A stretch of 63,758 nt of DNA from Chiloscyllium plagiosum. Taxonomy: Eukaryota. This document shows, one piece after another, positions 1 to 11,182 of the stretch. Where the stretch lies: NCBI RefSeq assembly GCF_004010195.1, contig NC_057718.1, positions 78,916,676-78,980,433 of the forward strand, given 5' to 3'. Position numbers and translations under genes: made by a program. Numbering within the stretch: position 1 is the stretch's first letter; each line of letters starts with the position of its first letter. The notes beneath the pieces were generated by a model, which saw nothing but the letters and a program-made list of their open reading frames with translations, made no database searches and was not told the origin of the DNA.

Positions 1-395
1 ACCCTGGACGTCCTGCTTTTCAGCCTTCTTCCTAGTTCTCCGAAGTCCCGCTGTAGTATGTTTCTCCTCTTCTTCCCGACATCATTTGTGCCGGCATGTA
101 CCACCACCTCTGGCTCTTCACCCTCGTCCTTGAGGATTTCCTGCACTCTGTCCGCGATGTCTTTCACCCTGGCACCAGGAAGGCAACACACCATCCTTAA
201 ATCCCGTCTGCTGCACCAAAAACCCCGGTCAGTTCCTCTCACGATGGAGTCCCCTATTACCACGGCTCTGTGCAATGTCTGCTCTGCCTCTGCGCCAACT
301 TTTGATTGACAGACCTGGCCGCCTTGCGAACTGGCAGTGTCATCTGTCTCTACTGTTTCCAAAAGATTCAACTTGTTACTGACAGGTACTTCTCC
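1..395 (-). mobile_element. CR1-clade LINE ORF1 fragment (SGNH esterase-like domain)
   Basis: Minus-strand translation VIGDSIVRGTDRGF...CCLPGARVKDIADRVQEILKDEGEEPEVVVHAGTNDVGK contains the GDS and GxND motifs of the CR1 ORF1 esterase domain. Confidence 0.8.
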
Positions 396-1843
396 CGGGG
401 TCTCTTGCACCTGTCTCCTCTCTGCCTTCCTTGTTGGGTTGGTGGGGGGTGTGGACCTGACGAGGGAGTCGTGGAAGGAGTGGTCTCTCCTGAATGCTGA
501 TAAGTGTGGAGAGGGAAATATATCCCTGGAGGTGGGGTCTGTCTGGAGGTGGCGGAAATGACAGAGGATGATACAAAGAATCCAGAGGTTGGTGGGGTAG
601 AAGGTGAAGACCAGTGGGGTTCTGTCCTGGTGGCGATAGGAGGGGCGGGGTTCAAGGGCGGAGGTCTGGGAAATGGAGGAGATGCGGTGGAGAGCAACAT
701 TGATCACGTCAGAGGGGAAATTGCGGTCTTTGAAGAAGGAGGCCATTTGAGTTGTTCGGTAGTGGAATTGGTCCTCCTGGGAGCAGATGCGGCAGAGGCG
801 GAGGAATTGGGAATATGGGATGGCATTTTTACAGGGGACAGGGTGGGAGGAGGTGTAATCTGGTCTTTACACCGCTGAAGCTAGACGCCAACTCGTGGAC
901 ACCTCCTCCTGCTGCCCCCTTGACCATGACCCCATCTCATACCACCAAACCATCATCTCCCAGACCATCCATAACCTTATCACCTCAGGAGATCTCCCAT
1001 CCACTGCCTCCAACCTCATAGTCCCACAACCCATACCGCTCGTTTCTACCTCCTGCCCAAAATCCACAAACCCGACTGATCCAGCCAACCCATTGTCTCA
1101 GCCTGCTCCTGCCCCACCGAACTCATCTCTGCATACCTCGACACTGTCCTGTCCCCCTTAGTCCAAGAACTCTCCACCTACGTTCGGGACACCATCCACG
1201 CCCTCCACCTCCTCCATGATTTTCACTTCCCCGGCCCCCAAAGCCTTATCTTCACCATGGATATCCAGCCCCTATACACTTCCATCCCCCATCACCAAGG
1301 CCTGCAAGCCCTCCGCTTCTTCCTCTCCCGCTGACCCAACCAGTACCCTTCCACTGACACCCTCCTTCGACTGACTAAACTGGTCCTCACTCTTAACAAC
1401 TTCTCCTTCCAATCCTCCCACTTCCTCCAAACCAAAGAAGTAGCCATGGGCACACGCATGGGCCCCACCTATGCCTGCCACTTCGTCGGATATGTGGAAC
1501 AGTCCATCTTCCGCAGTTACACTGGCACCACCACCCACCTTTTCCTCCACTACATTGATGACTGTATCGGCACTACTTTTTGCTCCCACGAGGAGGTTGA
1601 ACAGTTCATCCACTTTACTAACACCTTCCACCACGACCTCAAATTTACCTGGACCGTCTCAGACTCTTCCCTCCCCTTCCTACACCTCTCCATTTCTATC
1701 TCGGTGACCGACTCAACACAGACATTTACTACAAACCGACCGACTCCCACAGCTACCTAGATTACACCTCTTCCCACCCTGCCCCCTGTAAAAACACCAT
1801 CCCATATTCCCAATTCCTACCCCTCTGCCGCATCTGCTCCCAG
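396..1843. mobile_element. Penelope-like element (family A), RT region with an inverted segment
   Basis: + strand 878-1843 reads LLPKIHKP, IVSACSCPTELIS, FTMDIQPLYTSIPH, AMGTRMGPTYA, HYIDDCIG and YKPTDSHSYLDYTSSHP, with stops and frameshifts. About 396-875 is the downstream part of the same ORF on the - strand. Confidence 0.85.
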
Positions 1844-2171
1844 GGCCCTTCAAAGATCAGCAAGGCAGCCATTGTGTGGAGCTGCAGGAGATGGAGGAGA
1901 TAGTAAATGAGTGTTTTGCATCAGTGTTTACTGTGGAAAAGTACGTGGAAGATATAGAATGTAGTAGATGGTGACATTTTGAAAAAATGTCCATATTATA
2001 GAGGAGGAAGTGCTGGATATCCTTAAAATGCACAAAAGTGGATAAATCCCCAGGACCTGATTAGGTTTTCCCCCAGAACTCAGTGGGAAGCTAGGGAAGT
2101 GATTGCTGATCCCCTTGCTGAAATATTTGTATCATGGATGTAGGTTTGCTTGCTGAGCTGAAAGGTTCATT

Positions 2172-2400
2172 GGCTGAAAATGTGTTGCTGAAAAGCGCAG
2201 CAGGTTAGGCAGCATCCAAGGAACAGGAGAATCGACGTTTCGGGCATAAGCCCTTCTTCAGGAAAGCCATTCTTTCCTGAAGAAGGGCTTATGCCCGAAA
2301 CGTCGATTCTCCTATTCCTCGGATGCTGCCTGACCTGCTGCGCTTTTCCAGCAACACATTTTCAGCCTCTGATCTCCAGCATCTGCAGCCCTCACTTTAT
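2172..2400. mobile_element. Short palindromic PLE-derived element (family A) with two inverted hammerhead motifs
   Basis: Inverted arms of about 95 bp centred at about 2268, plus a roughly 30 nt tail. 14-bp TSD ctgaaaggttcatt (2158-2171 / 2401-2414). Confidence 0.85.
2277..2304 (+). ncRNA. Minimal type I hammerhead ribozyme motif (mirror copy on - strand at 2234-2261)
   Basis: CUGAAGA-A-GGGC(UUAU)GCCC-GAAA-C-GUC: both conserved core boxes, a 4-bp stem II, a palindromic ACGU stem III and a GUC cleavage triplet. Stem I is weak. Confidence 0.7.
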
Positions 2401-2496
2401 CTGAAAGGTTCATTTCCAGGCGTTTTGTTACCTTACTAGATAACATCTTCAGCGGACCTCATGCGAAGCAATGCTGAAAAGTCCTGCTTTCTATGT

Positions 2497-2790
2497 GGGC
2501 GGCACGGTGGCTAGCACTTGGGTTCATTTTCCGACTTGGGTTCATTTTCCGACTCAGGCAACTGTTTGTGTGGAGTTTGCATATTCTCCCCATATCTGCG
2601 TGGGTTTCCTCCAGGTGCTCCGGTTTCCCCCCACAGTCCAAAAATGTGCAGATTAGGTGAATTGGCCATGCTAAGTTGCCCGTCGTGTTAGGTGTAGGGG
2701 AATAGGTCTGGGTGGGTTGCTCTTCAGAGGTTCAGTGTGGACTTGTTGGGTGGAAGGGCCTGTTTCCACACTCGAAGGAATCTAATCTAT
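2497..2790 (+). mobile_element. HE1-type V-SINE
   Basis: tRNA-like head, V-domain (gtgtggagtttgca...gggtttcctcc...ccacagtccaaaa) and HER1-like tail with aatct repeats. Confidence 0.9.
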
Positions 2791-4316
2791 TTATATGCCT
2801 GGGTTTCTTTGGGGTGGTAATGTCATTTCCTGTGGTGAAGTCACTTCCTGTTCTTTTTCTCACGGGGTAGTAGAAGGAGTCTAACTCGATGTGTTTGTTG
2901 ATAGAGTTCAGGTTGGAATGCCAATGTTTCTAGGAATTCTTGTGGGTGCCTTTGTTTGGCTTGTCCTAGCATGGATGTGTTGGCCCAGTCGAAGTGGTGT
3001 CCTTCCTCATCAGTATGTGAGGATACTAGTGAGAGAGGGTCATGCCTTTTTTTGGCTAGTTGGTGTTCATGTATCCTGGTGGCTAGTTTTCTGCCTGTTT
3101 GTCCGATGTAGTGTTTGTTACAAAATACCTTGCAAGTATTGTAACAAACACTACATCGAACAAACAGGCAGAAAACTAGTCACCAGGATACATGAACACC
3201 AACTAGCCACAAAAAGACATGACCCTCTCTCACTAGTATCCTCACATACTGACAAGAAAGGACACCACTTTGACTGGGACAACACATCCATCCTAAGACA
3301 AGCCAAACAAAGACATACACGAGAATTCCTAGAAGCATGGCATTCCAACCTGAACTCTATCAACAAACACATCGAGTTAGGCCCCATCTACCACCCCCGA
3401 GAAAAGGAATAGGAAGTGACTTCACCACAGGAAATGACATCACCAACCCAAAGAAACCCAAACATATAAATAGAAAGCAGGAATTTTCAGCATTACTTTG
3501 CATGAGGTCCACTAAAGATGTTACCTAGTAAGATAACGAAACGTCTAGAAATGAATCTTTCAGCTCAGCGAGCAAACCAACATCCAAAACCTCAACCTGA
3601 GATACAAATCTTCTCAAAATGTTTGTTTCATCAATAGTCACAGGTGAGGTGCCGGAAGACTGGAGGTTTGCTAACATGGTGCCACTGTTTAAGGAGGGTG
3701 GTAAGGACAAGCAAGAGAACTATAGATCAATGAGCTTGACATCAGTGGTGGGCAAGTTTTTGCAGGGAATCCTGAGGGACAGGATGTACATATATTTGGA
3801 AAAGCAAGGACTTATTAGGGATAGTCAACATAGCTTTGTGTGTGGCAAATCATGTATCACAAACTTGATTGAGTTTTTTGAAGAAGTAACAAAGAGGGTT
3901 TATGAGGGCAGAACAGTGAACATGACCTATACGGACTTCAGTAAGGCGTTGACAAGGTTTCTATGGGAGACTGGTTAACAAGGTTAGATCTCATGGAATA
4001 TAGGGAGAACTAGCCATTTGGATACAGAACTGGTCCAAAGGTAGAAGACAGAGGGTGGTGGTGGAGGGTTGTTTTTCAGACTGGAGGACTGTGACCAGTG
4101 AAGTGTCACAAGGATCGGTGCTGTGTCCACTCCTTTTTGTCATTTACATAAATGATTTGGATGTGAGCATAATAGGTGTAATAATAGGCATAATAACTTT
4201 GCAAATGACACCAAAATTGGAGATGTAGTGAGCAGCGAAGAAGGTTACCTCAGATTACAATGGGATATCAAATGGAAAGAGCTGCCAGAGGAAGTGATGG
4301 AGGCGAGTACATTTGC

Positions 4317-4520
4317 TGAAAAATGTGTTGCTGGAAAAACGCAGCAGGTCAGGCAGCATCCAAGGAGCAGGAGAATCGATGTTTTGGGCAGAAGCCTTTC
4401 TTCAGGAATGTCCGAAACATCAATTCTCCTGCTCCTTGAATGCTGCCTGATCTGCTGCGCTTTTCCAGCAACACATTTTTCAGCTCTGATCTCCAGCATC
4501 TGCAGTCCTCACTTTCTACT
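4317..4520. mobile_element. Short palindromic PLE-derived element (family A)
   Basis: Same arms as 2172-2400, hammerhead cores mutated or partly deleted. 11-bp TSD agtacatttgc (4306-4316 / 4521-4531). Confidence 0.85.
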
Positions 4521-5779
4521 AGTACATTTGCACCAGTTAAAAGGTATCTGGATGAGTACATGAATAGGAAGGGTTTGGAGAGATATGGGACTAGATTGGG
4601 TTTGGGTGCCTCATCGGCATGGACGGGTTGGGCAGAAGGGTCTGTTTCCGTGCTGTACATCTCTATGACTCTGTGACTCTAAATGGGCCAAGCGGTTGAG
4701 AAGTGGCAGATGGAGTTTAATTTAGATAAATGCATTTTGAGAAAGCAAATCTCAGCAGGACATATACACTTAATGATAAGGTCCTAGGGAGTGTTACTGC
4801 ACAAAGAGACCTTGGAGTGCAGGTTCATAGCTCTTTGAAAGTGAGTCGCAGGTAGATAGGATAGTGAAGAAGGCGTTTGATATGCTTTCCTTTATTGGTC
4901 AGAGTATTGACTACAGGTGTTGGGAGGTCAAGTGGCAGCTGTACAAGGACATTGGTTAGGCAACTTTTGGAATATTCATGCATTTCTAGTCTCCTTCCTA
5001 TTCGCAGGATGTTGTGAAACTTGAAAGGGTTCAGAAAAGATTTACAAGGATGTTGCCAGGGTTGGAGGATTTGAGCTATAGGAAGAGGCTGAATAGGCTG
5101 GGGCTGTTTTCCCTGAAGCATCAGAGGCTGAGGGATGACCTTATAAAGGTTTATAAAATCATGAGGGGCATGGATAGGATAAATAGACAAAGTTTTTTTT
5201 CCCTGGGGTGGGGGAGTCCAGAACTAGAGGGCAGAGGTTTAAGGTGAGGGGGAAAGATATAAAAGAGACCTAAGGGCCAACATTTTCACACAGAGGGTAG
5301 TATGTGTATGGAATGAGCTGCCAAAGGAAGTGGTGGAGTCTAGTATAATTGCAACATTTAAAAGGCATCTGGATGGGTATATGAATAGGAAGGGTTTGGA
5401 GGGATATGGGGCGGGTGCTGGCAGGTGGGACTAGATTGGGTTGGGATATCTGGTCGGCATGGAGGAGTTGGACTGAAGGGTCTGTGTCTATGCTGTACAT
5501 CTCTATGACTCGATACAGTTAACTGAAGGTCCCATCAATGGATTCAAATTTGTGAGTCTTTTCTGCATTTTCTTCAACATATTCATCTCATTCCTAATGT
5601 GTGGGGCCCAGGACTGGACACAGTACTCCAGTTGAAGGCAAACTAGTGCTTTATAACTTGCTTGTTTTGTTTTGTTCTCCCTATTTACAACTCCTAGGAT
5701 TCAGCACCTTTTTTCAACTGTCCTCTAAACTGTTACCATAAATGATTTGTGCATGTACACTCCCAGAATACTGAATGGA

Positions 5780-5952
5780 CTCACAAACTCTTAACATTTG
5801 CCTGTACCTATATTTTTGTTCTTGCCGCTATTATTACCTATTATTTACTTATATATACCATTTAACTCTGTGATCTGCCTGTATTACTCGCAAGACAAAG
5901 CTTTTCACTGTCCTGTGATACACGTGACAATAAATTCAATTCAATTCAATCA
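5780..5952 (+). mobile_element. Rex1/Babar-like LINE 3' end
   Basis: caagacaaagcttttcactgt...gtgacaataaa followed by a (ttcaa)n tail; homologous to the - strand copy at 15425-15755. Confidence 0.55.
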
Positions 5953-6084
5953 TCTACTCCTGCAACTCTTTTAGAATGGTACCCTTTATATTGTCTGTCC
6001 ATGTTCTTTCCCCAAAATGAAGCATTTCATTGTCCTCTGCATTAAATTTCATCTGCCGTTTGTCCACCCATTCAATTAAGTCAT

Positions 6085-7250
6085 TTAGAATTATAAAAGT
6101 CTACAGCATGAAAACAGGCCCTTTAGCCCAACTTGCACAGGTCACCCAGTTTTCACAATTTAAACCAGTCCCATTTGCCTGTGTTTGGTCCACAGCTATC
6201 CCATCCATGTACCTGTCCAAATGTTTCTTAAATAACAAAATTGTACTCGCTTCCACCACTACCTCTGGCAACCCGTTCCAAGCACCCTCTGTGTGAAAAA
6301 AATTGCCTCTCTGGAACTCTTTTGTATCTCTCCACTCTCACCTTAAACCTATGCCCTTTAGTTTTAGACTTCCCTACTGTGGGGAAAAGCTGTCTACTTT
6401 CTACTTTATCTATGCCTGTCATGATTTTATATACCTCTGTAAGGTCACCCCTCAGAGTCCAATGCTCCAGAGAAAAGAGTCCCAGCCTATCCAACCTCGC
6501 CTTATAACATAAATCTTCCAGTCCAGGTGAGATGTTAAAGGGTTAATTTGTTTTGCTGATATGTAAGAAATTGAATGGCCTGGAGGGGAGGTGTTTCTCT
6601 GTCTTGCAGGCAGGACTTGACAATCAAATCATAATCTATTAACGCTACAGTTTAAGGAATAACCTAATCTCACACTGTTTTAAAGAATAACCTAATTACA
6701 CACTGTTTTACGGAATTACCTAATCACACATTATTTCTGGAAATAATCTAATTACTTTACATTGTTTTTGGATGGTATGTGACTATGGGGGAGTGGCAGG
6801 AGATTGTGTCTTGCATGCATGACTGACTGTGATGTAAAACCCTGTATAAAGGGAGGTTGGTTCCCTTGTTCAGGAAGCCTCGCTTGACATGCTCCGCAAG
6901 CATCGTGAAGAATGTTAAGTGATCCTCCAAAAGCTGAAATAAATTGTGGCTGTTCACAGAAGTTGGCGTATTGCAGTTGCATCAAGCATGTAAGAATCTT
7001 AAGAAGGGAACCTAACACAGGTAGCATCCCAGTAAATCTTTTCTGCACTCTTTCTAATTTAATAATATCCTTTCTTCAGTAGGGCGACCAGAACTGCATG
7101 CAGCACTCCAAATGTGGCCTCACCAACATCTTGTACGGCTGCAACAAGACATCCCATCTCTGATATTCAATGGTCTGACTGAATGCTGAACGCCTTCTTC
7201 ACCACCCTGTCTACCTATAACTCCATCTTCAAGGAGCTATGAACCTGTTT
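6085..7250 (-). mobile_element. CR1-clade LINE 3' fragment split by a solo LTR
   Basis: Reads RLGLFSLE...LRGDLTEVYKIM...KTKGHRFKV; continuity is restored across 6528-7017. Confidence 0.85.
6528..7017 (+). mobile_element. Solo LTR, 490 bp
   Basis: TG...CA termini, exact 4-bp TSD CAGG (6524-6527 / 7018-7021), about 28-nt tandem repeats at 6654-6750, TATAAA at about 6845, AATAAA at about 6938. Confidence 0.85.
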
Positions 7251-7429
7251 CTGCCCTTTTAGGTTGAATACTATCTTCCTTACAGTTCATAGTACTCGCA
7301 CATTTCATTTCCTTCACAAATTTTGAAATCATGTCCTGTACACCAAGGTCTAGTTTATAAATACATATCTGAAAAAAAAGGAGTCCTAAAATATCTCCTG
7401 GGGAGCTTGTTCAAGTGTGAAAAACAATT

Positions 7430-7990
7430 GTCAACTTTACACTTTGTTTCCTGTCACTTAGCCAATTTTGTATCTAGTTTGCTACTCTTTCTTTTATTCT
7501 ATGATCTTCAAGCTGGTTTATAAATCCATTTTGTGATACTTCATTAAATGCCTTTTGGGAATGTGTTCACAAATGTCAAAGGCATTACTCTCATAAACCA
7601 CTCTGTTATTTCATCAAAAACTGAAGCAACATGATAAAACCATGATTTGCCTTTAACTAATCTGTGCTGGTTTTCCTTAATTAACCCAAATCCATCTGAG
7701 TGATGGCTCATTTTGTCCCAAATCAAGAGATTTCTCACCACTGGCATTAAACTGACTGGCCTGTAGTTACTATGCTTTACAGCCTTTTTTTGAATAAGGG
7801 TGCAATGTTTACATTACTCTTGTCCTTTTTGTTTCACCCTACATCGAAAGAGTATTTTGAATTATTGCCAGTTCTCACCTTCACTTCCCTTAATATTCTT
7901 GAATGCATATTATTTGTTCCTAGTGACTCATCTAATTTTAGTATAGTCAACCTATCCAATGCCTCCTCTTTATCAATTTTAAGTCAATTA
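7430..7990 (-). mobile_element. Old CR1 ORF2 fragment
   Basis: Degenerate GLIKENQHRLVKGKSW, resembling the CR1 QHGF-K-KSC region. Confidence 0.55.
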
Positions 7991-8199
7991 ATTTTCTGAA
8001 TATAAGAAAGATTGGAACTTATGAACAGTACCTGTGCAACTTACACCTTCACCTCTCTTGGTATGTTTGGGTGCATCTTACCCAGACATTTTGCTTTAAT
8101 AATTTAAGCACAGTCAGCCAATACCTCTGATTTATCAATTTTGAACATCAAGTATCTGAATCTCCTATCATTACTGATCTTCCTCAGTCTTCTATGTGC

Positions 8200-8960
8200 G
8201 CCATGCATGGCTGAGCCACAAGTGGTGCCAGAGACGCGGGTCTGGCTGCCATCTGCAGATGAATGATCACTTTCACCAGTATTGAAAACTGCGTTTGATC
8301 TCTGATTTTTACTCATTCGCCACCTCCCTGCAAAATCTTAATCTGAGGAATGACTACATCTATAAACATGCTATCCACAAAACTATTAACTTCATGGGTG
8401 TGCTACAGATGTCAGATGCTGCTCAAGCTCCAAAGCTGCAGCAACAAGAGCTCTGAATTGACAACACTTCCAAGATTTGTGAAATGACCAGGAGTTGCCC
8501 ATTGGAAGAGGATGTGCATTCCATGGCATGGTACAAGCTGCACTGCCATTCCCCTCTCTCCAACAGATAATAAAACTTTATAGTTCAAAAGAAAACCTCA
8601 TCAATGAAATACCAAGCAGCTGCTGTAAATAAAGTCTGATGCCATTGATGGATTGCTATTTGTGCCTCATTAGTGTAAAGGATCCTGCTGACAGATGAGC
8701 AGGTCTTTTATAATGATCCATTAAATTGGATCTGGAAGCACAACATTGCAATCTGACCCTCAGCATTTGTTGAATCTGGTTTGTGCCAGCAGCCTTGTAG
8801 ACAGTGTTGCCAAGGTCAGTGATAAGAGCAGGTAACTGTCTCCAGTACCTGACCAACAATGGCACCACACAGCCAGTGCTGCTGAGGATTCCCAACAGAG
8901 CACAACTTCTAATGCAGGTAGTAGTTCAAAAGTAATAAATGGAACAAAGTAAGAAGAATA
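8200..8960 (-). mobile_element. Possible highly degraded PIF/Harbinger transposase remnant
   Basis: Short minus-strand segments resemble Harbinger transposase motifs (F-ASGSF, VQLV, PGS). No continuous ORF. Confidence 0.3.
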
Positions 8961-9074
8961 ACATTCTGACCACCATAACATAGCCTCTAGTTAGGGGAGA
9001 AGGATCTGGAGGAGACACTGAGCAGATACTTAATCACCTCTTCCAAGTGCCAAATGAGGAAAAACCTTAAATTC

Positions 9075-10190
9075 CAGTGATGGAGAGGCATTTTAAAGAG
9101 CAGTCTGAGTCCTGTGTTCAGTAGCATAAATCGATTTTTATTTATAGTTCCTTTACCACATATCTGGGAGAGGCTAAAGACCACTCTGCATCTGGCTTCC
9201 ACATGGGGCCCAGTTGCCCCTTTAATTACAGCTCAGATTGGAGGTACAGCACACTCTGCTTTTCCCAATAAAATACAGGATATTTATATATATTGCGTTA
9301 CAATGATTACATGCAACATTGACATCACTGCTTGCCACATCCCCTGTGGCCTACACATCCAATCCTGTAAATACATGATCGATGTTGAACAACTTCATGG
9401 TCCACTGTAGGTTCTCCCATCATTTCGTGAAGTTTGCCAGATCTCCTATCACTTGTCCTTGGGCTCCTACGATTATTGACCACATTCCAACATCAATTGT
9501 TTTGCCCCTTCCTAGACATTTGCCAGCCTTATAATGTGATGCATTGTTAAATCTAATACTATAATTCCGTGACAAAACTAACAATTTCTGGAGGAGCTTC
9601 CTTCTTATCCAACTTACAAAACGGCACTTGTTTATTCTCTTGATGTCATTGAGTCCCTGTTTTAAAATTGTTTCTTCCCCCTTGCTATGTTATTTGTCTC
9701 TTGGTACTCTTATGAGGTTGTCTTGTTTATAACTTTTTGTTGTTCTTATCTTCTTGCTGATGGGGAAACAAGTTTCTTTGTGTTTATTGAAACTAGTCTC
9801 TGCATCCAAGGCTAGCTGCCTTCAGAAATTTAATTCCCCAATATGTAATAAATTTAAACTTCTATTCTTGTATGAGCGTATGTCTACTCTAATATGTAAT
9901 TATCATTACTTAAAAAGCCTCATCACAGGTAGGTCAAGCTCTGCCTTTCTATTTCATATCAAAATCAGAATCCTTAAATCAGATGTTTTTCATTTAAGCT
10001 GCCTTATCAGTTTTACTGTTTGCATTCTAACCCTATCTTACTCAGACTCAGAGGCATTTTGTTGTCTGTGAAGGCAGTAATTTGAGCAATATGAAATGCT
10101 ATATCAGCTAAAATTTCCTTTGATTGTGTCACTTAGAAAGAAAACTCTTGATAGCCATTTGTCATATTCAGCTATGGGTAACTACAACAC
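9075..10190 (+). repeat. Unclassified 1.1 kb repeat, copy 1
   Basis: Colinear reverse-complement similarity to 21935-22615 plus 25430-25880, e.g. tgcatccaaggctagctgcc, gactcagaggcattttgttgtctg, ccttcctagacatttgccagcc. Confidence 0.8.
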
Positions 10191-10583
10191 AGACAATTAC
10201 TGCTGTTTTGTTTTTAGAAACTGAATCTCATATCTCAGTTTCATATTTAAATTTAACAATTGTCTGCTACATTAGCATCTATTACATTTTTCCCTCTATA
10301 GTAGCTCCTGAACATATATAACCTTAAACTAAATAGTATCCATTTATTAATAAGGGATATCATTATTCAACAATTTAAAGTTTTTCTGGCTTCTACTTAA
10401 CTGAGTACTCCTTCAAAAGGTTTAATACAGTCCTCCTTCCTTTGCAGCTTCCTTCTACCCCTATTTGTAGCTTCCCTGTCCCACTGCAGCCTTTCTTTTA
10501 CTAGTTTTGTTTTCAGCTTCCCTTTCTTCCTCTTTCAACTCCCCAAACTCCCTGCTGCAGCTTCCCTGTCTCCTCCACAACTT

Positions 10584-11110
10584 GTAACCAATCCCTCTCC
10601 ACTCACTGGCCCATTGAGCCTAATTCTTTCATCTACACTTACCTCCTGGAAACTAGCCCACAGCACCACCTACCGCATCCCTGGATCTGACAGAAGAAAT
10701 TTCTGACAAATGGTAAGGCACCACCAGTCACTGCCACCACCCCCCCACGACCATACCCCCACCCAAAAGCCTAGCTTTGTCACCCCTGGCCTTGCCATCC
10801 CTGTCAAAGGCTTAGCAGCAAATGCTTCCCAAACCTCAGCACCCCTGGCTTCAGGATCACTAACAAAAGATTTCCAAACAAAAGGTTCCCATATCCTTGG
10901 GCTTCAAGCCTCCCCACAATGATGTAACCATTCCTTCTCCACTCACTGGCCCTGTTTCCTCCCTCCACATTTCCTGTAGCCTCCATCCTACACCTGGTAA
11001 CTAGTCAACAGTACCAACTATGCCATGACTGGAATTGCCAGAAAGAATTTCTGTCAGATTGCAACACCCGTGCATCCCCCACTCCCAGTCTTGCAACCTT
11101 GGCCTGCCGT
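10584..11110 (+). repeat. Diverged direct repeat, period about 340 bp
   Basis: tgtaaccaatccctctccactcactggccc (10584) and tgtaaccattccttctccactcactggccc (10923), each followed by a gaa(a)tttctg segment. Confidence 0.65.
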
Positions 11111-11182
11111 CTCAATGAAAGGCACTTGAAAACCCTTGGAATCACTGGGTTCTCTTGGTACTTGACCTCAGTACTCAGAGGA

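Larger units (their letters stand above)
2136..3617. mobile_element. Penelope-like element (family C), fold-back copy with GIY-YIG endonuclease fragment
   Basis: About 3118-3410 reads YKIPCKYCNKHYIEQTGRKLVTRIHEH...FDWDNTSIL...FLEAWHS. 2790-3115 is its inverted copy and the terminal arms are inverted. Flanked by a near-duplication aaatatttgtatcat / aaatgtttgtttcat. Confidence 0.85.
1845..5512 (+). mobile_element. CR1/HER1-type LINE ORF2 and 3' UTR, degraded and interrupted by nested insertions
   Basis: Contains DKSPGPD, VPEDWRFANMVPLFK, SQHSFVCGKSCITNLIEFFE and LERVQKRFTRMLPGL, and a 3' tail ending ctctatgactc. Split at 2136-3617 and 4270-4680. Confidence 0.9.
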
